The notes under the pieces were generated by a model. It was not told the DNA's origin. It saw nothing but the letters and a program-made list of their open reading frames with translations, and did not search any database. From positions 26,974 through 90,973 of the forward strand of contig JBCCGG010000001.1 in the NCBI GenBank assembly GCA_039029395.1: a stretch of 64,000 nucleotides of DNA, given 5' to 3'. The position numbers were made by a program, and so were the translations under genes. This DNA is from Pseudomonadota bacterium. Its GTDB lineage: Bacteria > Pseudomonadota > Alphaproteobacteria > Kiloniellales > JAKSDN01. Each line of letters begins with the position of its first letter. The first letter of the stretch is position 1. This document shows, in pieces, positions 20,965 to 31,026 of this stretch.

Positions 20965-21513
20965 ATGGCGATCTTGAAAATTGCCCGCATGGGCCATCCG
21001 GTGCTCAGCCGGCCGGCCGAACCGGTCCCCGACCCCTCGGCCCTGGAGGTGCGCCGCCTGATTGCCGACATGCTGGAAACCATGGAGGACGCCCACGGCA
21101 CGGGCTTGGCGGCGCCTCAGGTCCACGTGCCCCTCAGAATCGTGATTTTTTTCGTCTCTGGCGAGCGCGCCGCCGAGGAGGACGAAGCCGAGGAGGAGCT
21201 TGAGGATGTACCGCTGACGGTGCTGATCAACCCCACGGTCGAGCCACTGGAGGCGGACAAATCCCTGGGCTGGGAAGCCTGCCTTTCGGTGCCGGGATTG
21301 GCCGGCGAGGTGCCACGCTTTCGCTCGGTGCGCTACAGCGGCCTGACCCCGGATGGCGAAGAGGTGATCCGCGAGGCCCGTGGCTTCCACGCCCGTGTTG
21401 TGCAGCACGAGTTCGATCACTTGGACGGGATCTTGTTTCCCCAGCGCATGACCGACCTATCGCGCCTGGTATTCACCTCAGAGATGCACCATGTTCCCAA
21501 GAAGAGCCCATAA
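20965..21513 (+). CDS. def: peptide deformylase
   Basis: The internal start MAILKIARMGHPVLSRPAEPV is used. The motifs GTGLAAPQV, EACLSVPG and HEFDHLDGILF are present. An AAGGGG ribosome-binding site precedes the ATG at 20965. Confidence 0.9.
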   Translation: MAILKIARMGHPVLSRPAEPVPDPSALEVRRLIADMLETMEDAHGTGLAAPQVHVPLRIVIFFVSGERAAEEDEAEEELEDVPLTVLINPTVEPLEADKSLGWEACLSVPGLAGEVPRFRSVRYSGLTPDGEEVIREARGFHARVVQHEFDHLDGILFPQRMTDLSRLVFTSEMHHVPKKSP

Positions 21514-21525
21514 GAGGAACTGGCG

Positions 21526-22167
21526 ATGGATTTGAGTCCGACCCAAGAGCGGCTGCTCCTGGCGAGTTTGCCCCATGTCGCCTTCGACGGTTGGGGTCAG
21601 CGCGCCCTGCGCGCCGCGGCTCAAGACTTAGAGATCGCGCCGGAGTTGGCGTTTAACGCCTTTCCCAGAGGCGCCGCGGACCTGCTTGAGGCCTTCAGCG
21701 CTTGGGCTGACCGAGCCACGCTGGTCGAGCTGGAGCACCAGGACCTGGCGGCCATGAAGGTGCGCGACCGCATCGCGCTAGGGGTGCGCACACGGCTGAT
21801 GACCGTTGAGCCCCACCGGGAGGCGGTGCGCCGTGCCGTGGCCGCGCTCGCCATGCCCCAGCACGCGGCGCTCGGCCTCGCCTGCGCGGCGCGCACGGTC
21901 GACGCCCTCTGGTATGCCGCTGGCGATCGGGCGACCGACTACAACTACTACACCAAGCGCCTGCTGCTGGCCGGTGTTTACTCGAGCACGCTCTTGGTCT
22001 GGCTCAACGACAGCTCCGAGGATTACACCCAAAGCTGGGCTTTTCTTGAGCGGCGCATCGACAATGTCTTGAAAGTGGGCGGTCGGCTCGGCAAGGGCCT
22101 CAAGGGCCTGCTCGATTTGCCGGACCGTCTGGCCCGTCGCTTGAATCCGGGTGCAGCCGGGCGATAG
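21526..22167 (+). CDS. COQ9-family protein (the alphaproteobacterial 'RpsU-divergently transcribed protein' type)
   Basis: The 213-aa ORF resembles the TIGR02396/COQ9 family, which is typically found beside rpsU in alphaproteobacteria. Confidence 0.6.
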   Translation: MDLSPTQERLLLASLPHVAFDGWGQRALRAAAQDLEIAPELAFNAFPRGAADLLEAFSAWADRATLVELEHQDLAAMKVRDRIALGVRTRLMTVEPHREAVRRAVAALAMPQHAALGLACAARTVDALWYAAGDRATDYNYYTKRLLLAGVYSSTLLVWLNDSSEDYTQSWAFLERRIDNVLKVGGRLGKGLKGLLDLPDRLARRLNPGAAGR

Positions 22168-22672
22168 CGCCTGGGTCTTCCAGGAAGGCTCGGACCTCTG
22201 CGGGCGAGGCCAGGCGCAGGGTCTGCTCGCCGGGACAATGACGCGCCAGGGCCTCGATCAGGCGCGGTCGGTACTTGCGGCGGAACTGCCAGATGTAGCG
22301 TAGAAACTCCAGGTCGACGCGCTCTGGACAGCCGGGCGCCGAATCGGGGCGCACCGCGCCCAATCCGCCACCCACTCGCCGGACCACCCGGGCGACACAA
22401 ATCCAGCGGGAGAAATCCAAAAAGACCGCGCGGTCGCAAGCCGCGAGCCGGGCCTCAAGGCTGCTCAAATGGGTGCCGTCCAGGATCCAGCGAGGCTCGG
22501 CGATCAAGCGCGCGTGGGTTGCCAACCAATCCTCGCGGCTCGGCTTAACCCACCCAGGGCGCCAAAAGACCTGGTCCAGGTGCACCAGGGGCAGGCCGGT
22601 TGTCGCGGCGAGCGCCCGGGCCAGCGTTGACTTGCCGGAACCGGAACAGCCAATGACCGCGATCCGTTCCAT
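22100..22672 (-). CDS. P-loop NTPase (adenylate-kinase-like / topology modulation protein family)
   Basis: [22 protein letters not shown] is a Walker A motif. The 3' end overlaps the COQ9-like gene, so the stop position is uncertain. Confidence 0.55.
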   Translation of the reverse strand: MERIAVIGCSGSGKSTLARALAATTGLPLVHLDQVFWRPGWVKPSREDWLATHARLIAEPRWILDGTHLSSLEARLAACDRAVFLDFSRWICVARVVRRVGGGLGAVRPDSAPGCPERVDLEFLRYIWQFRRKYRPRLIEALARHCPGEQTLRLASPAEVRAFLEDPGAIARLHPDSSDGPDGPANRAGP

Positions 22673-22681
22673 GGCGAGCTC

Positions 22682-23779
22682 TCAGGCCCGGAGCTGCAAG
22701 CGCGTGACGTGCCCCATCTTGCGGCCCGGCCGGCTTTCGGTTTTGCCGTAAAGATGCAGCTTGGTGTCAGGCTCGGCCAGCAGCGTGGCCCAGTCGTCTG
22801 CCTCGTCGCCCAGCAGGTTTGTCATGACCGCCGGACAGAGCCGCGCGGTATCGCCCAACGGCAGGCCTGCCACGGCCCGGATGAACTGCTCGAACTGTGA
22901 GGTCGCCGCGGCATCCAGGCTCCAGTGCCCGGAATTGTGTGGGCGTGGCGCCAACTCATTGACCAGCACTTGCTCGTCCTTCGTGACGAACATTTCGATC
23001 GCCAGCAGGCCGACCAGCTCGAGCTTCTCGGCCAGCAGGCGAGCGATCTCCTCGGCGCGCCGGGCAACCCCTTGTGGGATTTCCGCCGGTACGACGGTCT
23101 GGTGCAGGATGTGGTTTTTGTGGCGGTTTTCGACAGGCTCGTAGGTTCGACAGGAGCCGTCGGGCCCGCGCGCCACGATCACCGAGATTTCGCAGCGGAA
23201 TTCCACGAAGCCCTCCAGGATTGCCGGCACCTCTGCGTTGGCCGCACGCACCGCTTGCCATGCGGCCTCGGCCGCTTCGACGCCTTGCAGAGTGACCTGG
23301 CCTTTGCCGTCGTATCCCAGCTCGCTGGTCTTGAGCACGCAGGGCGCGCCGATCTCGGCCAAGGCCGTGTCAAGGGCCGCCCGGTCGGGGATCTTGGCAT
23401 AGGGTGCGGTGGGCACACCGTTGGCATTGCAGAAGCCCTTTTCGCGCAAGCGGTTGCGGCAAAGGTGAAGGATTTCTGGCCGGGGCCTGACGGTGACTTG
23501 CTCGGCCAGGCGGCGGGCCGCACTGGCGGGCACATTCTCGAACTCGAAGGTTACCACGTCGACCGCCTGGGCGAAGGCCAAGAGGGCCGGCTCGTCGTCG
23601 TAGGCGCCCTGGCTGCCTAAGGTTGTCACCTGGCGGGCCGGCGCTTCGGCCTCGGGGCAATAGATATGAGTTTGGTAGCCGAGACGGGCAGCAGCCAAGG
23701 CCGCCATGCGGCCGAGCTGGCCGCCGCCAAGGATGCCGATCACCGCGCCGGGCGGAAGCGGGGCCGCACTTTCAGCCAT
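22682..23779 (-). CDS. purK: N5-carboxyaminoimidazole ribonucleotide synthase
   Basis: The ORF has an ATP-grasp architecture, including [12 protein letters not shown] and the [12 protein letters not shown] motif. Confidence 0.9.
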   Translation of the reverse strand: MAESAAPLPPGAVIGILGGGQLGRMAALAAARLGYQTHIYCPEAEAPARQVTTLGSQGAYDDEPALLAFAQAVDVVTFEFENVPASAARRLAEQVTVRPRPEILHLCRNRLREKGFCNANGVPTAPYAKIPDRAALDTALAEIGAPCVLKTSELGYDGKGQVTLQGVEAAEAAWQAVRAANAEVPAILEGFVEFRCEISVIVARGPDGSCRTYEPVENRHKNHILHQTVVPAEIPQGVARRAEEIARLLAEKLELVGLLAIEMFVTKDEQVLVNELAPRPHNSGHWSLDAAATSQFEQFIRAVAGLPLGDTARLCPAVMTNLLGDEADDWATLLAEPDTKLHLYGKTESRPGRKMGHVTRLQLRA

Positions 23780-24269
23780 CTTCGGACGGCGCCTCGGCCA
23801 CGGCGTCGCTCTGACGGGTCCGCCAGGCGGCCAGGCGCTCGGCCACTTCGGGCGACTGCAGGGCGACCACCGCGGCGGCCAGGAGGGCAGCGTTTACCGC
23901 GCCTGCGCGGCCGATCGCCAGGGTGCCGACCGGCACGCCGGCCGGCATTTGGACGATCGACAGGAGACTGTCCTGGCCCTTCAGGGCCTTGCTCTCGATC
24001 GGCACGCCGAACACCGGCAGGTTGGTGAGAGACGCAACCATGCCCGGCAGGTGCGCAGCACCACCGGCGCCGGCGACGATTACCTGGAGCCCGCGCTCCT
24101 GGGCCGTGCTGGCGTAGTCGACCATGCGCTTGGGCGTGCGGTGGGCCGAGACGATGCGCGCCTCGAAGGCCACGCCCAGCTCCTCGAGGATCTGGGCGCC
24201 GTGGGTCATGGTCGCCCAGTCGGATTGGGAGCCCATGATGAGACCCACGACGGGCTCTGAATTGCTCAT
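23772..24269 (-). CDS. purE: N5-carboxyaminoimidazole ribonucleotide mutase
   Basis: [11 protein letters not shown] and [12 protein letters not shown] are near-invariant PurE sequences. It overlaps the purK start. Confidence 0.9.
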   Translation of the reverse strand: MSNSEPVVGLIMGSQSDWATMTHGAQILEELGVAFEARIVSAHRTPKRMVDYASTAQERGLQVIVAGAGGAAHLPGMVASLTNLPVFGVPIESKALKGQDSLLSIVQMPAGVPVGTLAIGRAGAVNAALLAAAVVALQSPEVAERLAAWRTRQSDAVAEAPSEDG

Positions 24270-24306
24270 GCCATCCCCCCTCGGTCTCGGGCCGGCGCCC
24301 GCGCGC

Positions 24307-25113
24307 CTAGCGGACTCGCCGCAGGAAGCCGCGCGGATTGCAGGTCATCAGGAACCGCTCGCGCGCCGGATCGATCACGAAGTCGTCGCAGCTGGCGAGA
24401 AAGTCGTCAAGGCCCTCCATGGGCCCGGGGCCGTGCTCCGGGTAGGTCGGATGGCCGTTGACGATAGTGTCCTCGACGACGATGTAGCCGCCGACCGGGA
24501 TCAGCGGCGCGTAAAGCTCGAGCTCCTGGCGCACGTGGTCCTGGGAGTGGTCGGAATCCAGCACCACCAGGGCTTTACCGTCCTCGGGCAGATGGCCGCG
24601 CGCCCGTGCGAAGATTGCCGGATCGATGCTCGATCCGTGGATGTAGGTGATTCTGGGATGCTGGGGCCGTCCGGGGCGGTCGTCCACGTCGATCGTCACC
24701 ACCTGGCCCTTGCCGATCAGCTCGCAGACTGTCGCCAGGAAAAGCGCGCTGCCGCCGAAGCGGGTGCCGGTCTCGAAAATCACGTCGGGCAGCTGCTCGA
24801 CGATAAGCTCCTGATAGGTCCAGAGGTCGTTGGGGCTCTTCTGGGTCTGACAGCCGAGCCAGCCGATGTTGAGGCGCTCGTGGTCCTCGCGCCAGGGCCC
24901 GACGTAGAAGTCCAGGAAGCGGTCGACCAGCGCTTGCTCGTCGCCGTTCATCGCCGGCAGCTCGGCGGGCGGACGAAAGTTGCCCAGTGGAATAGGCGCC
25001 GTGCGGGCGCGCAACTCGGCCAGCTCGGCGGCGGTCTGGCGGTTGCGCAGAACGTAATCGCGCACCGGCGGCACGAGCATCAGAAGGCGCTTGAGCGCGC
25101 TGGGGATCATCAA
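24307..25113 (-). CDS. CmcI/cephalosporin-hydroxylase-like class I SAM-dependent methyltransferase
   Basis: The 268-aa ORF has [12 protein letters not shown] (a methyltransferase glycine-rich motif) and VVLDSDHS. The family call is by similarity recall only. Confidence 0.55.
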   Translation of the reverse strand: MMIPSALKRLLMLVPPVRDYVLRNRQTAAELAELRARTAPIPLGNFRPPAELPAMNGDEQALVDRFLDFYVGPWREDHERLNIGWLGCQTQKSPNDLWTYQELIVEQLPDVIFETGTRFGGSALFLATVCELIGKGQVVTIDVDDRPGRPQHPRITYIHGSSIDPAIFARARGHLPEDGKALVVLDSDHSQDHVRQELELYAPLIPVGGYIVVEDTIVNGHPTYPEHGPGPMEGLDDFLASCDDFVIDPARERFLMTCNPRGFLRRVR

Positions 25114-25196
25114 AGGTCTCTTGCGCGGGATCTAGGGGCCGGCAGGCTAGCACGTCACACCGGCCATGATCCATGGCTGGAGACCCGATTGCGCCC

Positions 25197-25940
25197 CTAT
25201 CGGTAAAGCGGATTGGGGTTGTCGAAGCGGCAGCCGGCGTCCCATTGGGAGCGCTGGTTGCCGTGGGCCGGTACGCCGCCAGCGTCTTTGATCATGCGCG
25301 CCAGGTGCAAAAGGTTCCAGGTCATGAAGGTGGTATTGCGGTTGGTAAAGTCGTTCTCCGGCCCGCCCGAGCCCGGATCCAAATAGGAGGGGCCAGGGCC
25401 CGCTGCGCCCAGCCAGCCGGCATCGGCTTGGGGTGGGATCACGTAGCCCAGGTGCTGAAGCGAATAGAGGATGTTCATGGAGCAGTGCTTGGCGCCGTCC
25501 TCGTTGCCGGTGATCAGGCAACCGCCGACCCGGCCGTAATAGGCATACTGGCCGGCTTCGTTCAGATCTCCCGAGGAAGAGTAGAGCCGTTCGATCACCT
25601 TGGTGCAGACCGAGGATTTCTCGCCGAGCCAGATCGGCGAGGTCAGCACCAGGATGTCCGCCGCCTTGACCTTGGCGTAGATCTGCGGCCAGTCGTCCAG
25701 ATCCCAGCCTTGCGCGCGCATGTCCGGATAGACTCCGTAGGCAATTTCATAGTCGACCGGGCGCAGCTCTTCGACGGTGACGCCGTTGGCCTCCATGATG
25801 CCGCGAGACATGCGCACCAGCCCGTCAGTGTGGGACAGCTCCGGGCTGCGCTTTAATGTGCAGTTGAGGAAGAGCGCCTTGAGGTCGGAGAAGTTCGTCA
25901 GGTTGGTCTCGCAGAGCGCGCGTTGCTTTTCGGTCAGCAT
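25197..25940 (-). CDS. flavodoxin-like NAD(P)H-dependent FMN reductase family oxidoreductase
   Basis: A flavodoxin-like fold with ILVLTSPIW and GNEDGAKH. The internal start MLTEKQRAL was preferred over the longer ORF. Confidence 0.6.
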   Translation of the reverse strand: MLTEKQRALCETNLTNFSDLKALFLNCTLKRSPELSHTDGLVRMSRGIMEANGVTVEELRPVDYEIAYGVYPDMRAQGWDLDDWPQIYAKVKAADILVLTSPIWLGEKSSVCTKVIERLYSSSGDLNEAGQYAYYGRVGGCLITGNEDGAKHCSMNILYSLQHLGYVIPPQADAGWLGAAGPGPSYLDPGSGGPENDFTNRNTTFMTWNLLHLARMIKDAGGVPAHGNQRSQWDAGCRFDNPNPLYR

Positions 25941-26043
25941 TGGGCCGGTCTCCCTTGGCGTGTGTCGCCACACCATAGGAAGACCGCACCGGGCGTGCAG
26001 CCGCAAAGCGATGACAGTTTTCGTGAACGGCTCGGCTGTCACC

Positions 26044-26250
26044 TCACGCGATGATGTCGGGCAGGAGCTCGCTCTCGATCTGTGAGATCTGGTCCTTCAG
26101 CATAAGCTTGCGCTTCTTCAGGCGCTGGATCTGGAGCTGATCGAACGGCCCATCGCCGGTGATCTGGGAGATCACATCGTCCAGGTCCCGGTGCTCGCTT
26201 TGCAGCTCGACCAGCTTCTGGCGTAGGGTTTCTCGGTCGCTTTCCGTCAT
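26044..26250 (-). CDS. DUF465 (YdcH-like) small coiled-coil protein
   Basis: The 68-aa ORF ends ...LQIQRLKKRKLMLKDQISQIESEL, which is characteristic of DUF465. Confidence 0.7.
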   Translation of the reverse strand: MTESDRETLRQKLVELQSEHRDLDDVISQITGDGPFDQLQIQRLKKRKLMLKDQISQIESELLPDIIA

Positions 26251-26392
26251 GCCAAGGTTTGACTAGGCTTTCACGCGCGAAGTGCCCTATCGGCCGGCGA
26301 AGGCGGTGACATAGGGCTGAGCTGAGTTAGTATAACCGAGTCGGCAGTGGGAGTGTAGCGCGCCGAAGGGCCGGCCCGGCGGAGCCTTCGAG

Positions 26393-26941
26393 TTGGGAGA
26401 CGAGCGCTTGAGCGAGACCTTGGAAAATCCCTTCTGGGACTACTCTCTTAAAATCTACGGCCAATCCGGCTTTTCGCCCGCGATCATCGGTTTTCAGGAT
26501 CGCCACGGCTTGGTGGTCAACCTGCTGATCTATTGCCTCTGGGCGGCCGCAAATGGGCGCCGCTTGGACTCCGGCCACTTCGCCCTGCTGGAGGATGCGA
26601 TCGCGCCATGGGAGGTGGAGGTCACCCAACCTCTGCGGGCGGCCCGGCGCTGGCTCAAGGGCCAGGACCTGGTACCCGAAGAAAACGCCAAGGCGCTCGG
26701 CAAGGCGATTTTGGCCCGCGAGCTGGAGGGCGAGCAGCTAGAGCAGTGGATCATCGCCCAAACCGTACCCATCGCGCCTGGAGAGCCCGTTCTGGAGGCC
26801 GCGGCCAGCAACCTGCTTTCCTACTTGCGCCAGGCCGGTATCACCCCGGACGCGGATGACCGGGCCGCTCTCGCCACCCTGCTCGCCGCCGCCTTTCCGG
26901 ATGCCGCAGCGGTCGAGATTGAAAGGTTGCTCGGCGGGTGA
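26393..26941 (+). CDS. conserved hypothetical protein (TIGR02444/DUF2390-like)
   Basis: The 182-aa ORF has coding-like composition and no recognisable catalytic motif. Confidence 0.45.
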   Translation: MGDERLSETLENPFWDYSLKIYGQSGFSPAIIGFQDRHGLVVNLLIYCLWAAANGRRLDSGHFALLEDAIAPWEVEVTQPLRAARRWLKGQDLVPEENAKALGKAILARELEGEQLEQWIIAQTVPIAPGEPVLEAAASNLLSYLRQAGITPDADDRAALATLLAAAFPDAAAVEIERLLGG

Positions 26942-26951
26942 GACCTGCGTT

Positions 26952-27566
26952 TCAGGCGCCGGACACTTTCGGCTGATCCCGTTCCCCTTCGCCCCAGCGC
27001 TTGATTCGGCCGCTCTCCAGACCGAAGAGGTCGAGCACCCGGCCCACCGTGTGGTCGACCATTTGGTCGAGCGTCTCGGGCCGGGCATAGAAGGCGGGTA
27101 CCGGCGGGGCGACGATCGCGCCCATATCGGAAAGCTGCAGCAGGTTGCGCAGATGGCCGCTGTGGAGCGGCGTTTCGCGCACCATCAAGACCAGGCGTCG
27201 GCGTTCCTTGAGCACCACGTCGGCAGCCCGGGTCAGGAGGCTTGTGGTGGTGCCGAGCGCGATCTCCGACATGGAGCGAATCGAGCAGGGAGCGACCACC
27301 ATGCCCATGGTCGCGAAAGAACCGCTGGCGATCGCCGCCCCGACGTCGCCGGCCGGGTAGGCGACGTCGGCCAAGGCACGCACCTGGGCCGGCTTCAAAC
27401 TGGTCTCGTAGCCGAGCGTCAGCTCGGCTGCCTTGGTCATCACCAAGTGGCTCTCGACCGGCAGAGACCTTAGGGTTTCGAGGAGGCGTACACCGTAGAT
27501 CACGCCGCTTGCGCCACTCAATCCGACGATCAGACGGGGTGGCGTAGAACCTGACGATACGCTCAT
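26952..27566 (-). CDS. ubiX: flavin prenyltransferase UbiX
   Basis: RLIVGLSGASGVIYGVRLLE...MVVAPCSIRSMSEIA is canonical UbiX/Pad1. The internal start MSVSSGS was chosen. Confidence 0.85.
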   Translation of the reverse strand: MSVSSGSTPPRLIVGLSGASGVIYGVRLLETLRSLPVESHLVMTKAAELTLGYETSLKPAQVRALADVAYPAGDVGAAIASGSFATMGMVVAPCSIRSMSEIALGTTTSLLTRAADVVLKERRRLVLMVRETPLHSGHLRNLLQLSDMGAIVAPPVPAFYARPETLDQMVDHTVGRVLDLFGLESGRIKRWGEGERDQPKVSGA

Positions 27567-27661
27567 ATGACAACTTTGCGACAGTTGAATACTTGGCAAA
27601 AGGGGCCTCGAAGCGCTATATTATAGCACGTTGGATGTCTCATGGGTTCGGGAGGATATCT

Positions 27662-27832
27662 ATGACGGTTGCCGAGCATGTTGACGCCCTGCGGGGCAAG
27701 CACGCTGCACTGAAAGAAGCCGTAGACAGCGAAAACCAGCGGCCCTTCCCCGACGAGTTTCGATTGGCGGAACTTAAGCGGGAAAAGCTTAGAATCAAAG
27801 ACGAAATCGTCAAACTAGAAGCCGAGGATTAA
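27662..27832 (+). CDS. DUF465 (YdcH-like) small protein, second copy
   Basis: MTVAEHVDALRGKHAALKEAVDSENQRPFPDEFRLAELKREKLRIKDEIVKLE. The start is uncertain, since the listed ORF begins at 27593. Confidence 0.6.
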   Translation: MTVAEHVDALRGKHAALKEAVDSENQRPFPDEFRLAELKREKLRIKDEIVKLEAED

Positions 27833-27914
27833 TCGGCACAGGTAGGGTAAAAGGAGGTTAGTACCTGGCCCGTGACTCCGGGCCGGGTCAAGTGCGGCCC
27901 AAGAAATGGGCCAC

Positions 27915-29531
27915 CTAGAGGCCTTCGGCCTGCCGGCGCAGAAGGTATTTCTGGACCTTGCCGGTAGAGGTCTTGGGGATCTCTCCGAACACAACCTTGG
28001 TCGGGCATTTGAAGTGCGCAAGGTTGTCCCGGCAAAACTCGATCAACTCACGCTCGTTAACCTTAACGCCCGCCTTGAGCTCAACGAAGGCGCACGGCGT
28101 CTCGCCCCAGTTCTCGTGGGCCATGGCGACGACCGCCGCGCTGGCCACCGCCGGGTGCTTGTAGAGAGCGCCTTCGACCTCGATCGAGGAGATGTTCTCG
28201 CCGCCCGAGATGATGATGTCCTTTGAGCGATCCTTGAGCTCGATGTAACCGTCCGGGTGCCAGACCCCTAGATCGCCGCTGTGGAACCAGCCGCCGGAGA
28301 AGGCTTCCTGACTGGCGTTGGGGTTCTTCAGATAGCCCTTCATGACGATGTTGCCGCGCATGAAGACCTCGCCCAGGGTCTTGCCGTCCATGGGCACCGG
28401 CTCAAGCGTCTGGGCATCGGCCACCATAAGCCCCTCCAGAACCGGATAGTTGACCCCTTGGCGGGCCTTGATCTCGGCCTGGCGGGTGATCGGCAGGCCA
28501 TCCCATTCGCCGTGCCAGGCGCAGACGACCGCGGGCCCGTAGACCTCGGTTAAGCCATAGACGTGTGTCACCTCGATGCCACGCTCGGCCATCGCCGCTA
28601 GCACAGAGGCCGGCGGCGGCGCGGCGGCGGTCATCATGCGCACCTGCTGGTCGAAGGGGCGCTCGGCGTCACCGGGATTGAGGATCATCTGCATGACGAT
28701 CGGCGCGCCGCAAAGGTGGGTCACGCCGTGCTCGGCGAGGGCCTGGTAGATCGTCGCGGCCTCGACCCGGCGCAGGCAGACGTGGGTGCCGGCCAGGGCC
28801 GTGATGGTCCAGGGAAAGCACCAACCGCTGCAGTGAAACATGGGCAGGGTCCAGAGGTAGACCGGATGCGGGCCCATGCCCCATACCAGCACGTTGCCGA
28901 GGGCGTTCAGATAGGCGCCTCGGTGGTGATAGACCACGCCCTTGGGGTTGCCGGTGGTGCCAGAGGTGTAGTTGAGGGTGATCGCCTGCCATTCGTCGGC
29001 TGGCGGGCGCCAGGGTTCCTCGGGGTCGCCGCTCGCCAGCAGGGCCTCGTAGTCCAACTCGCCCAGGCGCTCGCCGCCCGGGCCTTGAGGATCGTGGATG
29101 TCGATCACCGAAATCTTGCGGTCCAAGCGGGCCAGCGCGTCCTTGATGGTGGCGGCGTACTCCGTGTCGGTGATCAGCAGCTTGGCCTCGCTGTGCTCCA
29201 GGATGAAGGCGATCGCGGCCGCGTCCAGGCGGACATTGAGCGCATTGAGGACTGCGCCCGCCATGGGCACGCCGAACGTCGCCTCGAAGTGGGGCGGGGT
29301 GTTGGGCGCCATCACCGCGACCGTATCGCCCAGCCCGATGCCGCGGGCGGTCAGCGCCGCGGCGAGCCGCCGGCAGCGCTGCGCGGTCTCGCGCCAGGTG
29401 AAACGCTGGGTGCCGTGGATCACCGAGGTGCGCTCGGGATAGACCGCGGCCGTTCGCGGCAGAAAGCTTAAAGGGCTGAGCGCCACATGGTTGGCCGGCC
29501 CCTTATCCAGGCCGGTCTCGAACGGATTCAT
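27915..29531 (-). CDS. AMP-forming acyl-CoA synthetase/ligase (medium/short-chain type)
   Basis: The AMP-binding motif LNYTSGTTGNPKGV is present, with YGLTE, GWFHSGD and the C-terminal PKTSTGKVQK. Confidence 0.85.
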   Translation of the reverse strand: MNPFETGLDKGPANHVALSPLSFLPRTAAVYPERTSVIHGTQRFTWRETAQRCRRLAAALTARGIGLGDTVAVMAPNTPPHFEATFGVPMAGAVLNALNVRLDAAAIAFILEHSEAKLLITDTEYAATIKDALARLDRKISVIDIHDPQGPGGERLGELDYEALLASGDPEEPWRPPADEWQAITLNYTSGTTGNPKGVVYHHRGAYLNALGNVLVWGMGPHPVYLWTLPMFHCSGWCFPWTITALAGTHVCLRRVEAATIYQALAEHGVTHLCGAPIVMQMILNPGDAERPFDQQVRMMTAAAPPPASVLAAMAERGIEVTHVYGLTEVYGPAVVCAWHGEWDGLPITRQAEIKARQGVNYPVLEGLMVADAQTLEPVPMDGKTLGEVFMRGNIVMKGYLKNPNASQEAFSGGWFHSGDLGVWHPDGYIELKDRSKDIIISGGENISSIEVEGALYKHPAVASAAVVAMAHENWGETPCAFVELKAGVKVNERELIEFCRDNLAHFKCPTKVVFGEIPKTSTGKVQKYLLRRQAEGL

Positions 29532-29906
29532 GACAGTGGCGCCCCCCTGGAGACCATCGCAAGCTTGGATAAGATTCATACAACAGTTCCCCTCGCGGGG
29601 CGAGTGAGCGCCTGGGCGTTCTTGGGCAAGGTTAAGATTGTAAAGAATTTTGACAATTCGATCGTGGAGTGGCTTTCTATTAAGTAATTGAATTTTCTAA
29701 CTTTAATCACAGTGGACAGATTGTTAATGACCTTAATCCCAGGAAAAAGTGTCGTTATTCTTTACACTCCTTGACGTTTTTTAACGGGCAAGTTTCATTT
29801 TTCCTTGTACTTCAACTTTGTTTCAAACTTGGCATGGATCTTGCATGGCTTCTCCCTAGGGACTCCGCAGCATTCCAGTTTGTATTTTGTCCTAGGGAGA
29901 AATGAC

Positions 29907-30515
29907 ATGATGTCCAATAGATTTCCGCTTGCGGCTTGTTGCCTCGTGATAGCGCTCTTGATCCTCGCGCCAGGCCGGCTTGCCGCGGCCCCTATCCTCG
30001 AGTTCGAATTCCTCGGCTCGGGCCAGACCTTCGGTCCGACCGATCAGGTTCTGATCCAGGCACGGATTACCAACAATGGCACCGATCCGCTTGTCGATGC
30101 GATAGGCTTTGGTGGTGTCACAGTTCCAGATCAGATTACTGATCAGTACGACGATCTCTTTCCGCCCGGCATCAATCCCACGCCGCCGGGTCCGGACCTC
30201 CTGACCCTGAACCCGGGTAATAGCGTGACATGGGATTTCGCCCTCTACGACCCTTTCCCGGACGGTGGCAACCAAGGTGACCCGGTGCAGCCAGGCACCT
30301 ATATTTTTCCGTCGGAGAATATTTTTGCCCAGTTTCTCGTGTTTGAACCCGAGTTTGGGTTCATACCGGTGAACACCCAGAGCGCTGCTGACTTTGTTTG
30401 GATCGTGCCCGGCGGGCCGGTCGCGGTGGTCGAGCCCTCCTCGCTCGGCATGTTTGTGATCAGCCTATTGCTTCTGGGCGCTGTCGTTCGAACTGTACCA
30501 GTGCCGCGCGCATAA
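29907..30515 (+). CDS. secreted protein with a PEP-CTERM-like C-terminal sorting signal
   Basis: The N-terminus has a signal peptide, MMSNRFPLAACCLVIALLILAPGRLAAAP. The C-terminus ends VEPSSLGMFVISLLLLGAVVRTVPVPRA, which is a (V)EP motif followed by a TM helix and a basic tail. A GGGAGA ribosome-binding site sits upstream. The gene lies inside an AT-rich islet. Confidence 0.55.
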   Translation: MMSNRFPLAACCLVIALLILAPGRLAAAPILEFEFLGSGQTFGPTDQVLIQARITNNGTDPLVDAIGFGGVTVPDQITDQYDDLFPPGINPTPPGPDLLTLNPGNSVTWDFALYDPFPDGGNQGDPVQPGTYIFPSENIFAQFLVFEPEFGFIPVNTQSAADFVWIVPGGPVAVVEPSSLGMFVISLLLLGAVVRTVPVPRA

Positions 30516-31026
30516 CTCGATCAATCGCGCGACGATCTATTGTTGCCAAAAGACCTTGCCGCTCCTGGGATCTGTTGCGCGTTCGGTCGGATTGACGCAG
30601 GAATGTTCCAAATACACTTTTGGGTTGACATCTGGAGAGAGTTAAGGGCATATCGCGGCACCTCATCGAGAGGCTACGACCAACCTATCGGAAAAGACAT
30701 GACTGACAGATACCAACGATTGCTAGGCAAGATACCGTTCTGCCAAGCCAGGGTCTGACGCGAGGGAACACCTCCCACGCGTCTTGCCCTGTCGCAACCA
30801 TACCTCCACGAACAGGGCAAGTCAGATGAAACGCAACCTAAAATCATAGTCGTTTGCCGCATGCAAAAGCGGCCTTGGTGTGCAATCCACACATTCCTTA
30901 GATACGTTGGGACGGGTATCCGTGGCTCGGGTTCCCTATGCCCGGCTGGCGCGCTCGGCTCCGGTAATGAGCCTTGCGTGTGCCGAGCCCCGTCCAGGTT
31001 CGCATCTCGCGAACCGCGTATTCCCA

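Noticed and set aside
22100-22167. A genuine 67-bp overlap between the COQ9-like gene and the convergent P-loop NTPase gene
   Set aside because: It is more likely that one of the two 3' ends is mis-called by the ORF finder. A convergent overlap of this size is unusual, so it is treated as boundary uncertainty rather than a feature.
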